A stretch of 44,924 nucleotides of DNA, taken from the IMG/VR virus record IMGVR_UViG_3300029480_000006, positions 1 to 44,924 of that record, one strand, 5' to 3'. Position 1 is the stretch's first letter. Each line of letters begins with the position of its first letter. The position numbers and the translations under genes are program-made. The stretch comes from a virus. Below the pieces are notes generated by a model. That model searched no databases and had not been told where the DNA came from. It worked only from the letters and a program-made list of their open reading frames with translations. Positions 33,010-42,535 of the stretch are shown piece by piece.

Positions 33010-36000
33010 ATGGCCAGAAATGATGTAACAATACGAATAAATGCTAGGGATAATGCCTCTGCAACCTTAAAGCAGGTGGCACAAAGTAGCCAAAGGGCAT
33101 CTAAAGCCTTAGATAGTTTAAGTGGATTAAAAAACTTTGCAATAGATACAGCTAGTATAACAGCAGGAATAGCTGGATTTGAAGCACTAACTACAGCCAT
33201 ACATAATACTATTGGAGCTGTAGGAACATTCTATACTAGCATGGAAACAAACCAAGTCGGTATGGCTGGTATCTTATCTAGTATGACCACATTAAAAGGA
33301 AATGCTTTAGATTTTAATACTGCTATGGGAATATCTGGCAGTATTATGAAAAAATTAAATGATGAAGCATTGAGAACAGCTGCAACAAGTGAAGAATTAG
33401 TAAATACATTTAGAGCTTTATTAGGTCCTGGTCTTGGTGCTGGTATGGATGTAGACCAGATAATTCAATTAACTACTACAGGTGTTAATGCGGTAAAATC
33501 TTTAGGTTTAGATGGTACGCAATTAGTCCAAGAATTAAGAGATTTAGTACAAGGTGGAATACAGCCTGCTAGTTCTACTTTAGCAACAGCTTTAGGTCTT
33601 ACAGATAAAGATATAGAAGCTGCTAAAAGTAGTTCTCAAGGCTTATTCAATTTCTTGATGGAACGTTTAGAAGGTTTTAGACAAGCGTCCGAGTATACAC
33701 AAAATACTTTTAAAGGCAAATTTGACCAAATAAAAGAAGGTCTTACTCGTGGTGCAGCAAAAGGTTTTGAACCTATATTTGAAGCTGTAAAAGCACAAAT
33801 GGGTGAAATAGGGAATTATTTACTGCCTGTTGATGAAACCACTAAACAAATACAAATAAATCCGCAATTTATAAATGACTTGCAATATATAGCGAATGAA
33901 TCACTTATAATTGGCGGAAATATAAAAGAAATGTTTACTCCTATAGCTAGTGTAGGCTTACCAGCAATTACAGCTTTTGGTAATGCTTTAGTATATGTGG
34001 GAGAAAATATACAATCTATAGGATTGGGGCTTGCTACATGGTATGTACTTAGAAATATATCAACATATTATGTAGATATAACAGCAGCCGCTACAGGAGC
34101 TACAACAGCAAATACAGCATTAGGAAAAGCAGTATTATCTGTAAAAACAGCATATACAGAGCAAGCTTTATCAGCCAGACAAACCTATACAGAAGAAATG
34201 TTAGCGGCACAACAAGCTGCAACAACAGTAGTAGCAGAAGAAGCAAGAAAAACAGCTGCAAAACAAGAAGCTAATAGAGCCCAAATGGTAGCAATGGCAC
34301 AACAAAAAACAACTTATGCCGCAGTGCAAAGAGCAACACAAGCAGGATATATAGAACTGGCAAATACATTACAAATGCTTAAAGTTCAATATATGGAACT
34401 TGGTGTAAGTGCAGAACAAGCAGGAGCTATGCAAGTACAAGCGGCAAAACTTGCCAAAGCAGGGCAATTCGAGTTAGCACAGCAAGTAATAGCAACACAA
34501 CAAGCTCATATAAAAAATGCAGTAGCAGCAGAAGCTTCATCTGTAGCAGCTGTTTCAGGTGCAGGAAAAGCAAAAAGTGCTGTTAAAACATTGGGTAGTG
34601 CCGTGTTATCATTGGCTGGCGGTTGGTTAGGTGTAGCAGTAGCTATTGGATATGCTACATATCAATTAGCAGATTATATACAGCAACAAGGAAGAATTCA
34701 ATCATATAATCCTAATACTATAATTAGAAAAAATGCAGATGGTACTTATTCTAAACAAATAGAAATGGGACCTTTTGGACTTATAAAAGGTTGGAAATTA
34801 TTAAGTCCAGGAGAAATGGAAGAACATAATTATTGGACTCAATGGAACGAAAAAAATCAAAAAAATGCTGTAGGAAAGCCATGGTTACCATGGTCTACAG
34901 ATAATATAAATGATATAGGAAAAGATGTAGGAAATATTGCTGATACAATACAAGGATTATCAACAAAATTTAATACAACAGATGATGAAGAAGAAAAGAA
35001 AAAGAAAGAAAAAGAAAAAAAACTTTCGCAAAGTGATATAAAGAGCCAATTATTATCAGAAGCAGGAGCATATGCTCCTTTGATTGAAATAGCTGCACAA
35101 GATGCAGGAATAGCTCCTGAAATATTAGCTGCTTTAGTAAAAAAAGAGTCAACTTTTAATCCAAATGCAGTATCACCATCTGGCCAACATTTTGGATTAG
35201 GTCAAATATCAACAGCAGCTGCAAATGAAGTAGGTGTATATGGAAACTTATTCGATCCACAGACTAATTTAGTTGCTTCTGCAAGATATCTAGCCAAAAT
35301 GATGAATATGTTTGGCGGTAATCTAGAATTAGGATTAGCAGCATATAATGCTGGTGCAGGAAATGTACAAGATTATGGCGGAATACCACCATTTGCAGAA
35401 ACCCAAGATTATGTAGCTACGATAATGGGTTATTTAAAAGGTGAAGGTCTATCTGGTACAGGAAATAAATATATTACGCAATTTGCAAAAGAAAAAGCAG
35501 AACAATTAAAAGCTTTTCAGCAATTGCAGGCTGAATTAAATAGTAAATTAACAGAAGAAACAGGTACACAATACCAAGTAGGTATGCAAAAGATAAATGA
35601 AGAAATACAAAAATATCAAGAGCAAACCAGAAAAATGAGTAATTATGGTATAGATGTATCTGGGCTAAATGAACAAATAAAACAATTACAAGACTTAGAA
35701 AAAAATAAAGTAATAGAAAAATGGCGAAAAAGTTGGCAAGATTTAAAAGATAGTATTGCAGAAACAAACAGTGAATTAACAGGCAATAAACTTGCAAACT
35801 ATAGCATAGAATATACTAAACAATTAGATAAACTAGATAGCGAACGCAAAGAAAAAGAAAAAGCTGTAATGCAAGATCCAAATGACGCAGTAGCAAAAGC
35901 TGCTGTTGATGAATGGTACAATCAACAAAAAGAGCTTTTTCTAAAGGAAAAAAATGATAAAGTAAGGGAATATCTATTAAAAGAATATGACCTTGAAGTA

Positions 36001-36855
36001 GAACATAATAAAAATTTAATTGAATTAGAAAATAATACAGTAGAACAAACTAATGTTTTAAATAGAGAAGTTTTAAATAAAAAATTAACGTATCTACAGA
36101 CAGAATTAAATAGGGCAAAATTAACAGCCCAGCAACGAATAGACCTAGAAAATCAAATTTACGAAACTACTAGGGCAATAGATGAAATAGACTCCCAAAA
36201 TTTACTTACAGCATGGCCAGTAGCATTAAAAGAAATGCAAAGAGATACTACAAATTACGTAGAACTAATAGAAAGTGCTTTTGATAGCATAGAAGATAAT
36301 ATAACAGATAATTTTACTAATATGTTAAATGGGGCAGAAAGCTTTAGTGATGGTTTTGTAGATATTTTTGAAAATATGGCTAAAGAAGTACAATCTGTAG
36401 TGATGAAACAAATTGTACAACAAAGTATTATGAAGCCATTATTTAGTTGGCTTGGAAATATGATGGGCATGGGTATAGGTGGTGGTGGAGATACACTAAC
36501 TTATATTGAAGGAACAGGTTTTACTTTTAGAGCTAGTGGTGGACCAGTAGAAAGTGGCTCTCCTTATATCGTAGGGGAAAAAGGAAAGGAACTATTTATA
36601 CCAAATACAGATGGAACAATAGTACCAAACTTTAAACTAAGTGATTATACTGCTACTAATAAAGTAGTAACTCAAACATCTACTCCAAATGTAACAGTAA
36701 ATGTAATCAATCAATCTGGTCAAAATGTAACAGCTAAGCAAGAAGTAAAATCCTCTAGCCCAGATAATTATGTAATAAACGTAGTATTACAAGCGATAAC
36801 ACAAAATAAAGGCGGAATGAAAGATGCTATATCTGCTGTAGCAGGAAGGAGTTAA
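33010..36855 (+). CDS. Tape measure protein with internal lytic transglycosylase (SLT) domain
   Basis: 1281 aa. ES.F.P.A.S..G..GLGQIS and AYNAGAGNV motifs near residues 700-790. Confidence 0.95.
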   Translation: MARNDVTIRINARDNASATLKQVAQSSQRASKALDSLSGLKNFAIDTASITAGIAGFEALTTAIHNTIGAVGTFYTSMETNQVGMAGILSSMTTLKGNALDFNTAMGISGSIMKKLNDEALRTAATSEELVNTFRALLGPGLGAGMDVDQIIQLTTTGVNAVKSLGLDGTQLVQELRDLVQGGIQPASSTLATALGLTDKDIEAAKSSSQGLFNFLMERLEGFRQASEYTQNTFKGKFDQIKEGLTRGAAKGFEPIFEAVKAQMGEIGNYLLPVDETTKQIQINPQFINDLQYIANESLIIGGNIKEMFTPIASVGLPAITAFGNALVYVGENIQSIGLGLATWYVLRNISTYYVDITAAATGATTANTALGKAVLSVKTAYTEQALSARQTYTEEMLAAQQAATTVVAEEARKTAAKQEANRAQMVAMAQQKTTYAAVQRATQAGYIELANTLQMLKVQYMELGVSAEQAGAMQVQAAKLAKAGQFELAQQVIATQQAHIKNAVAAEASSVAAVSGAGKAKSAVKTLGSAVLSLAGGWLGVAVAIGYATYQLADYIQQQGRIQSYNPNTIIRKNADGTYSKQIEMGPFGLIKGWKLLSPGEMEEHNYWTQWNEKNQKNAVGKPWLPWSTDNINDIGKDVGNIADTIQGLSTKFNTTDDEEEKKKKEKEKKLSQSDIKSQLLSEAGAYAPLIEIAAQDAGIAPEILAALVKKESTFNPNAVSPSGQHFGLGQISTAAANEVGVYGNLFDPQTNLVASARYLAKMMNMFGGNLELGLAAYNAGAGNVQDYGGIPPFAETQDYVATIMGYLKGEGLSGTGNKYITQFAKEKAEQLKAFQQLQAELNSKLTEETGTQYQVGMQKINEEIQKYQEQTRKMSNYGIDVSGLNEQIKQLQDLEKNKVIEKWRKSWQDLKDSIAETNSELTGNKLANYSIEYTKQLDKLDSERKEKEKAVMQDPNDAVAKAAVDEWYNQQKELFLKEKNDKVREYLLKEYDLEVEHNKNLIELENNTVEQTNVLNREVLNKKLTYLQTELNRAKLTAQQRIDLENQIYETTRAIDEIDSQNLLTAWPVALKEMQRDTTNYVELIESAFDSIEDNITDNFTNMLNGAESFSDGFVDIFENMAKEVQSVVMKQIVQQSIMKPLFSWLGNMMGMGIGGGGDTLTYIEGTGFTFRASGGPVESGSPYIVGEKGKELFIPNTDGTIVPNFKLSDYTATNKVVTQTSTPNVTVNVINQSGQNVTAKQEVKSSSPDNYVINVVLQAITQNKGGMKDAISAVAGRS

Positions 36856-36857
36856 AA

Positions 36858-37268
36858 ATGTTATATTTTCCTAATATATCACCACCAATGTATCCGCTAA
36901 AAGAGGAAATAGATAATCCTGTTATATCATCCGATACCGAAAATGGAATGAGAATAACAAGAGCTAGATATACTAGATTAAAACGAAAATGGACACTTCA
37001 ATGGGACGCTCTAAGAAACACTAAAGAGCGTCCAGAATATGAAATGTTAAGAGATTTTTATATGCGTAAAACATTGGGCGGAGCAAATGCTTTTTTATGG
37101 ACTTATCCACCAAAAAGAAAGCAAAAAAACACAGTTTATATGCAAGAAAACTTTGATTTAAGACTAGAAGGAAAACAATTTTTGGTAAGATTTATAAGTG
37201 ATACATTTAGTTTTGAAGAAAAATTACCGAATATATGGACTGGTTCTGTACAGATAGAAGAAGTATAA
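36858..37268 (+). CDS. Minor tail protein (gpM-like)
   Basis: 136 aa directly after the tape measure. Lambda order M-L-K-I-J follows. Confidence 0.55.
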   Translation: MLYFPNISPPMYPLKEEIDNPVISSDTENGMRITRARYTRLKRKWTLQWDALRNTKERPEYEMLRDFYMRKTLGGANAFLWTYPPKRKQKNTVYMQENFDLRLEGKQFLVRFISDTFSFEEKLPNIWTGSVQIEEV

Positions 37269-37270
37269 AA

Positions 37271-37297
37271 AAAGACTGCTATAAAAAGCAGTCTTTT
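37271..37297. terminator. Bidirectional intrinsic terminator
   Basis: Perfect 8-bp stem aagactgc/gcagtctt flanked by A- and T-runs. Confidence 0.6.
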
Positions 37298-37781
37298 AAT
37301 TTGAGAGTTTATTATTATAAAACATCAATGTAGCAACATTATTTCTAAAAGATAAGATAATAGAATTATTATCTTTTTCCCATGTATATTGAGCTATTGT
37401 ATAATCCTGGTATTTTTCTGTTGGAGTACCAAATTTATCTATAGCATAATAATAAATTTTAGAAAACTTAGCTGAAGTATCGTCAAGATTGTTTTCAGCA
37501 GAGAAAAATATGCAAATAGAAGAAAGTTTATTATTTGTAAATGTAGCATATATTTCTTTATCTGCTTTACAATCGGCAATAGTTATATCTTTTAAAATTT
37601 TATATTTATTGTTATCTTGAACTACAGGATATTTAGCACTGATATCTTCAATTGTTTCACCATAATATAAATCTAAATCGCTTATTTGTTCTTTTGGTGT
37701 ATAGTTTTTATAAAAAAATATACCTAATAGAGAAATAATAAGAACAACGGATATAATTATTATTTTTTTCATATATATCAC
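37296..37781 (-). CDS. Secreted/membrane-anchored protein, a minus-strand moron inserted within the tail-tip operon
   Basis: Signal anchor MKKIIIISVVLIISLLGIFF. Opposite orientation to the surrounding tail genes. Confidence 0.55.
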   Translation of the reverse strand: MIYMKKIIIISVVLIISLLGIFFYKNYTPKEQISDLDLYYGETIEDISAKYPVVQDNNKYKILKDITIADCKADKEIYATFTNNKLSSICIFFSAENNLDDTSAKFSKIYYYAIDKFGTPTEKYQDYTIAQYTWEKDNNSIILSFRNNVATLMFYNNKLSN

Positions 37782-37814
37782 CTCGATAAAATTATAGCAT
37801 AAGGTGGTGAGGTT

Positions 37815-38429
37815 ATGCTACCATTATCTTTGGCGGCTAAGATAGAAAAAAACAAAATAGCTACAGATAGCTGTTGGATAACGTTATTAGAGATTTTTAT
37901 AGAAGGTCAAGATTCTATAAAGATTTGTAGTAATAATGTGGATGTAACATGGAATAATGCAGTATGGATTGCTTTCCCATTTACTGTAGACCAAGTAACA
38001 CAAAATAAAACAGAAATACCTACAGTTCCTATAAAAGTATCTAATATAACACGTGTAATAGAGCAATATATAGAACAATATGGCGGATTGGTAGGGACAA
38101 AAGTTATATTGCGTGTAATAAATAGTAATTTCTTAGAAAATGCAGTAGCAGAAGTTGAGGAAACTTTTACAATAGAAAGCACTACAGCAGATGCACAATG
38201 GGCAACATTTAATCTAGGTGGTTCACTCCCAGTCAAAATGAGATTTCCATTTAGACGAATTTTAAAAGATTGGTGTCCATTTGTATATAAAGGTATAGAA
38301 TGTGCAGCTACAAGTGATTTAGAAACTTGTCCGCATACATTAAAAGGCTGTAGAGAGCGTAATAATAGTAAAAGATTTGGCGGAGAATATTCTATAAGTA
38401 CAGGAGGTATCTATGTATCAAACAAATGA
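37815..38429 (+). CDS. Minor tail protein L-like with C-terminal four-Cys cluster
   Basis: C-x9-C-x9-C-x6-C (WCPFVYKGIECAATSDLETCPHTLKGC). Position after the gpM-like gene. Confidence 0.7.
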   Translation: MLPLSLAAKIEKNKIATDSCWITLLEIFIEGQDSIKICSNNVDVTWNNAVWIAFPFTVDQVTQNKTEIPTVPIKVSNITRVIEQYIEQYGGLVGTKVILRVINSNFLENAVAEVEETFTIESTTADAQWATFNLGGSLPVKMRFPFRRILKDWCPFVYKGIECAATSDLETCPHTLKGCRERNNSKRFGGEYSISTGGIYVSNK

Positions 38430-38817
38430 TTTTACAGACCTAATAGGAATACCGTTTAAAGACAGAGGCAGAGATTTAAATGGTTTAGATTGTTGGGGAT
38501 TGGCAAAAATAGTTTTTAAAAAATATGGTCAAGATATCCCAGATTATAATATTTGCTGTGAGGATATAACAAATATAGATAAAACTATAGATAAACAAAG
38601 GAGCTATTGGCAAAAAATAGAAAAGCCAGTAGCTCCTTGTTTAGTTGTTATGCATTTAGGCACTAAATTTTGTAATCATACAGGAGTTTATATTGGCAAT
38701 GGCAGATTTATTCATACCAGAGATAAAGTAGGAGTAAATATCGACCGCATAGACTCTATAAACTGGAAAAATAGAATAGAAGGATTTTACTTGCCACCTA
38801 AGAAGGTGAAAACATGA
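38413..38817 (+). CDS. Tail protein K-like NlpC/P60 peptidase
   Basis: Catalytic Cys in LNGLDCWGL and His in NHTGVYIGNGRFIHT. Confidence 0.75.
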   Translation: MYQTNDFTDLIGIPFKDRGRDLNGLDCWGLAKIVFKKYGQDIPDYNICCEDITNIDKTIDKQRSYWQKIEKPVAPCLVVMHLGTKFCNHTGVYIGNGRFIHTRDKVGVNIDRIDSINWKNRIEGFYLPPKKVKT

Positions 38818-41765
38818 AGCTAATTATTTTACAAAATCCTTTTAATATAGCAGGTAGAGAAGTTAAAGATTTAACCTATATTCCAGGAAAAAAATTAAGT
38901 GAGTATGTACAGCCTTATATAATGGGATTGCCATATAAAGATTTTTGCTATGCTGTTAATGGAGAAAAGAAAGAAGCAGATTATATTCCAGATAGTATGG
39001 ATTATATAGCTATATGCCCTGTAGTAGGTAAAGGCTCATTACTAGGCTCTATTTTATCTATTGGATTAGCTATTGTTACAGGTGGTATTGCAGCTGGTGG
39101 TATTGCAGCATGGGGATTAGCTGGAGGAACATTTTTAGCAGGACTTACAGCGGCAGCAGTAGGATATATTGGCGGAATATTAATAAACCATATATGTCCA
39201 ATGCCCAAAACTGATTTTAATATGAGTGATTTACAAAATTCAGTTACCTATGGTTGGGGAGAACAGCAGACAAGCAATACACAAGGTGGATGTTTGCCAG
39301 TTACTTATGGAAGTATGTATACGGCAGGTACAGAGCTTGCAAGACATGTAGATAGTGATGGTGAGCAACAATATTTAAATCTTATAGTATGTGGCGGAGA
39401 AGGCCCTGTAGATAGCATAGAGGATATCACTATAAATGATAATCCTATAGAAAACTATGAGGATGTTGAAATAGAAACACGTCTTGGAACAAATGACCAA
39501 GATGTAATTGCTAATTTTAATGACACATATGCAGACCAAAGTTTAGAATTTGAACTTTTAGTACCAGAAGAAAAGCCAGCAGGTGTAGGTGATGTATCTA
39601 ATCCAAAAGGATTTATAAGAAAAAAAGCAGATGTGCCTTTAACTTCAGAAGAATTAGCAGAAATACAGACATTGAAATTAAATTTATATCCAGATAGTGA
39701 TTATTCTACCCAGCAAATAGAAGGAAACTCCGCCCAAGGATTGGAAATATCATTCCAATTTCCGAATGGTCTTTATCATATGAATGATAATGGTAGTCTA
39801 GGAAATGCATCTGTAGTAATTTATGTTCAGTATAAAAAAGAAGATGCTACAGAATGGGAAAATTGGATATTAACAAAAATTGAAGATAACGATAATGCTA
39901 CGAAATATAAAAAATACCGCATAGATAATCTACAGGAAGGTAGATATACTGTGCGGTGTTTGTGTTTATACAAGAGTGGCGATACTACAAGGGACGCTAC
40001 AAGGATATATTGGTTTATTATTTCTTCTATCGTTTATGATGATTTTTGTAGACCAAATAAAGTATTAATTTCTATACGTGCATTAGCTACTAGCCAATTA
40101 TCTAATAGTATAAGCATAAGATGGAAGCAAACAGTAGAATATGTAAATGTATTTAATCCTAATACAAACGCATATGAATTAAAATCTGCTAGAAATCCTG
40201 CTTGGGTAGCCTACGATATGCTTCATCAATGTAAAAAATTAAAAAATATCCATACAGGAAATTTTGAATATGTAGTAAGAAATATACCAGCAAATCAAAT
40301 AGATTATCAAGCTTTTGCTGATTGGTCGGAGTATTGCGATACATTAGGATTAAACTTTGAACATATTTTTGATACTGTAAATGACCTATGGGAAGCACTA
40401 AAAACTCCAGAAACTTTTGGCCGTGGCAAAGTTTTAATGAGAGGTACGAAATATAGCTGTATTTGTGATAAACCAAGTGAGCCAGTACAGATGTTCACAG
40501 TTGGTAATATTCTTCAAGATAGTTATAGCAAGGAATATAGCGTAATAACAGACAGAGCAAACGCTATAGAGATTACTTTTATAAATAAAGCTAAAAACTA
40601 CCAAAAAGACGTAATAACAGTTTATGGTGATGATTACGACAATGAAGAAATATATCAAAATCCTACACAGGTTACACTATATGGCTGTACAGATTATGAG
40701 CAGGCATATAAATATGGTAAATACCAATTAAGGGTTAATAAAAAAATACGTACTTGCACATGGGATGCAGATATAGATGCTATAGCCTGTCAAGTTGGTG
40801 ATGTAGTATTACTTAGTCATGATGTACCACAATGGGGATTATCTGGACGATTATTATATGCCAATACTAACCACATTAAGTTAGATAGATTAGTAAATAT
40901 GGTTAGTGGTAAGCAGTATGCCATAATCGTAAGAATGATGGATGATACTTTAATAACTAAGAATATAGTATTTAAAGAAGGTGAAACAGATTATGTAGAA
41001 ATAGCAGAAGCCTTTGAAGAAATTCCTGAAGATTTTTGTATATATGCTTTTGGTGAAGTAAATAAAATGGCCAAACCATTTACCATAGTAGATACTTCTA
41101 GAAAAGATGATTTAACAGTGTCTTTAACAGGAGTTGAATATTTAGAATCTACCTATGAAGAAACGCAAGATGTGCCAGATATAGATTACACAGTACCAAT
41201 AACAAGTTATGAAGTAGAAGATTTAACAGCAAGAGAAGAAACATATATCCAGGATAATAATATACATTCCGATATAAATATAAGCTGGCAAATGCCTAGA
41301 GGTGGAGCAGATAAAGTAAATGTTTATTATTCTGTAGATGGCGGAAATGTATGGACTTTATATACTACAACAAGCTTCCAAACCGCTAGAATAAGTAATT
41401 TAAATAAAGGAACATATTATATAAAAGTATGCGTAGTAAATAGTTTAGGTGCTGTATCTAAAGGTGTAGTAGCCGTAGTAAACGTAACAGGAGTAATAGC
41501 AGATATAGATGTAACAGTAACAGAAAATAAAGTAATAGATTATACATCTACAGATTGGCAACAAGTAAATTTTGAAAATACATTTAAAGATGTACCAAGC
41601 TTATTTGTAATAGCACAAACAGAAAATGGTATAGCATATACAAAAAATATAACTACGACAGGATTTGAAGTAAAACAGATAGATATTACAACGCAAGAAC
41701 CATTAGAAGGGCAAATTATGTATGAAGCTAAAGGAGTGATACAAAATGCCAGCAGGAGTCTTTGA
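38814..41765 (+). CDS. Fused gpI-like (N-terminal about 120 aa, Gly-rich hydrophobic segment) and gpJ-like host-specificity/central tail fibre protein with FN3 domain
   Basis: GGIAAGGIAAWGLAGG segment, a gpJ-like N-domain (CLPVTYG...LIVCGGEGPV), and a C-terminal FN3-like repeat. Confidence 0.75.
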   Translation: MKLIILQNPFNIAGREVKDLTYIPGKKLSEYVQPYIMGLPYKDFCYAVNGEKKEADYIPDSMDYIAICPVVGKGSLLGSILSIGLAIVTGGIAAGGIAAWGLAGGTFLAGLTAAAVGYIGGILINHICPMPKTDFNMSDLQNSVTYGWGEQQTSNTQGGCLPVTYGSMYTAGTELARHVDSDGEQQYLNLIVCGGEGPVDSIEDITINDNPIENYEDVEIETRLGTNDQDVIANFNDTYADQSLEFELLVPEEKPAGVGDVSNPKGFIRKKADVPLTSEELAEIQTLKLNLYPDSDYSTQQIEGNSAQGLEISFQFPNGLYHMNDNGSLGNASVVIYVQYKKEDATEWENWILTKIEDNDNATKYKKYRIDNLQEGRYTVRCLCLYKSGDTTRDATRIYWFIISSIVYDDFCRPNKVLISIRALATSQLSNSISIRWKQTVEYVNVFNPNTNAYELKSARNPAWVAYDMLHQCKKLKNIHTGNFEYVVRNIPANQIDYQAFADWSEYCDTLGLNFEHIFDTVNDLWEALKTPETFGRGKVLMRGTKYSCICDKPSEPVQMFTVGNILQDSYSKEYSVITDRANAIEITFINKAKNYQKDVITVYGDDYDNEEIYQNPTQVTLYGCTDYEQAYKYGKYQLRVNKKIRTCTWDADIDAIACQVGDVVLLSHDVPQWGLSGRLLYANTNHIKLDRLVNMVSGKQYAIIVRMMDDTLITKNIVFKEGETDYVEIAEAFEEIPEDFCIYAFGEVNKMAKPFTIVDTSRKDDLTVSLTGVEYLESTYEETQDVPDIDYTVPITSYEVEDLTAREETYIQDNNIHSDINISWQMPRGGADKVNVYYSVDGGNVWTLYTTTSFQTARISNLNKGTYYIKVCVVNSLGAVSKGVVAVVNVTGVIADIDVTVTENKVIDYTSTDWQQVNFENTFKDVPSLFVIAQTENGIAYTKNITTTGFEVKQIDITTQEPLEGQIMYEAKGVIQNASRSL

Positions 41766-42123
41766 TTTCCCTATAAACCAAGGAGAGACATTTTACTACG
41801 AAATAAAGCTTCTAGGGCAAACGGAAGATGATGTCATAGATTTAACAGGATATACTGCAGAAATGCAGATAAGAAAAACAGCAGATAGTACAGAAATAAT
41901 GGCTACTCCTGAAGTAAAAATAAAAGATGCTACAAATGGCATAATATCTATATTTTTACCTACTACAGAAACAGCAAGATTACCATGTACAGGCCAACAC
42001 CATGATGAATATTTAGAGCTAGTTTATGACATATATATAAAATCTGGGACTTATTCTAATACACAATTTAAAACAAGAATTTTGAATGGATTTATAAATG
42101 TAAGTCCAAACGTAACGAGGTGA
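41746..42123 (+). CDS. Tail fibre-associated small protein
   Basis: 125 aa between the J-like gene and the fibre genes. Confidence 0.4.
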   Translation: MPAGVFDFPINQGETFYYEIKLLGQTEDDVIDLTGYTAEMQIRKTADSTEIMATPEVKIKDATNGIISIFLPTTETARLPCTGQHHDEYLELVYDIYIKSGTYSNTQFKTRILNGFINVSPNVTR

Positions 42124-42128
42124 AACAA

Positions 42129-42524
42129 ATGAGCGATATACAATGTTGCCACCAAATTAAGGTTTTAACAGGACAGATACCAGGACCAAAGGGAGATGTA
42201 ACTCCAGAAGCAAAAGAAGCTCTAAATGAAACTAAAAAATATAGGGATGAAATATTTGAAGTAAAAGATGGATTAACAGATACCATACTACAAGCAACAA
42301 CAGACATAAAAAATGCAGGTGATGAAGCAGTAAGCAATGTAGAAGGACTTGTACAACAAGCTGCTGAATCTGCTCAAGATGCTAAAGATTGGGGAAGTAT
42401 ACATGGACTTTGGGTTATAGATGATGCAGGAGGATTAATGCCAACTAGTTCTTCATTTACAACAGAAGATGATAGTTGGGAATTAGATGAAAATGGTGAT
42501 GTAATGCCAAAAGAACAAGGATAG
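42129..42524 (+). CDS. Tail fibre protein with collagen-like N-terminal motif
   Basis: RBS GAGGTG then ATG at 42129. IKVLTGQIPGPKGDV. Confidence 0.5.
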   Translation: MSDIQCCHQIKVLTGQIPGPKGDVTPEAKEALNETKKYRDEIFEVKDGLTDTILQATTDIKNAGDEAVSNVEGLVQQAAESAQDAKDWGSIHGLWVIDDAGGLMPTSSSFTTEDDSWELDENGDVMPKEQG

Positions 42525-42535
42525 GTGAGATACAA

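Noticed and set aside
34970-36470. Three minus-strand ORFs inside the tape-measure gene
   Set aside because: They are low-complexity L/F/Y-rich antisense translations of a Lys/Glu-rich coding region. The tape measure frame is clearly real.
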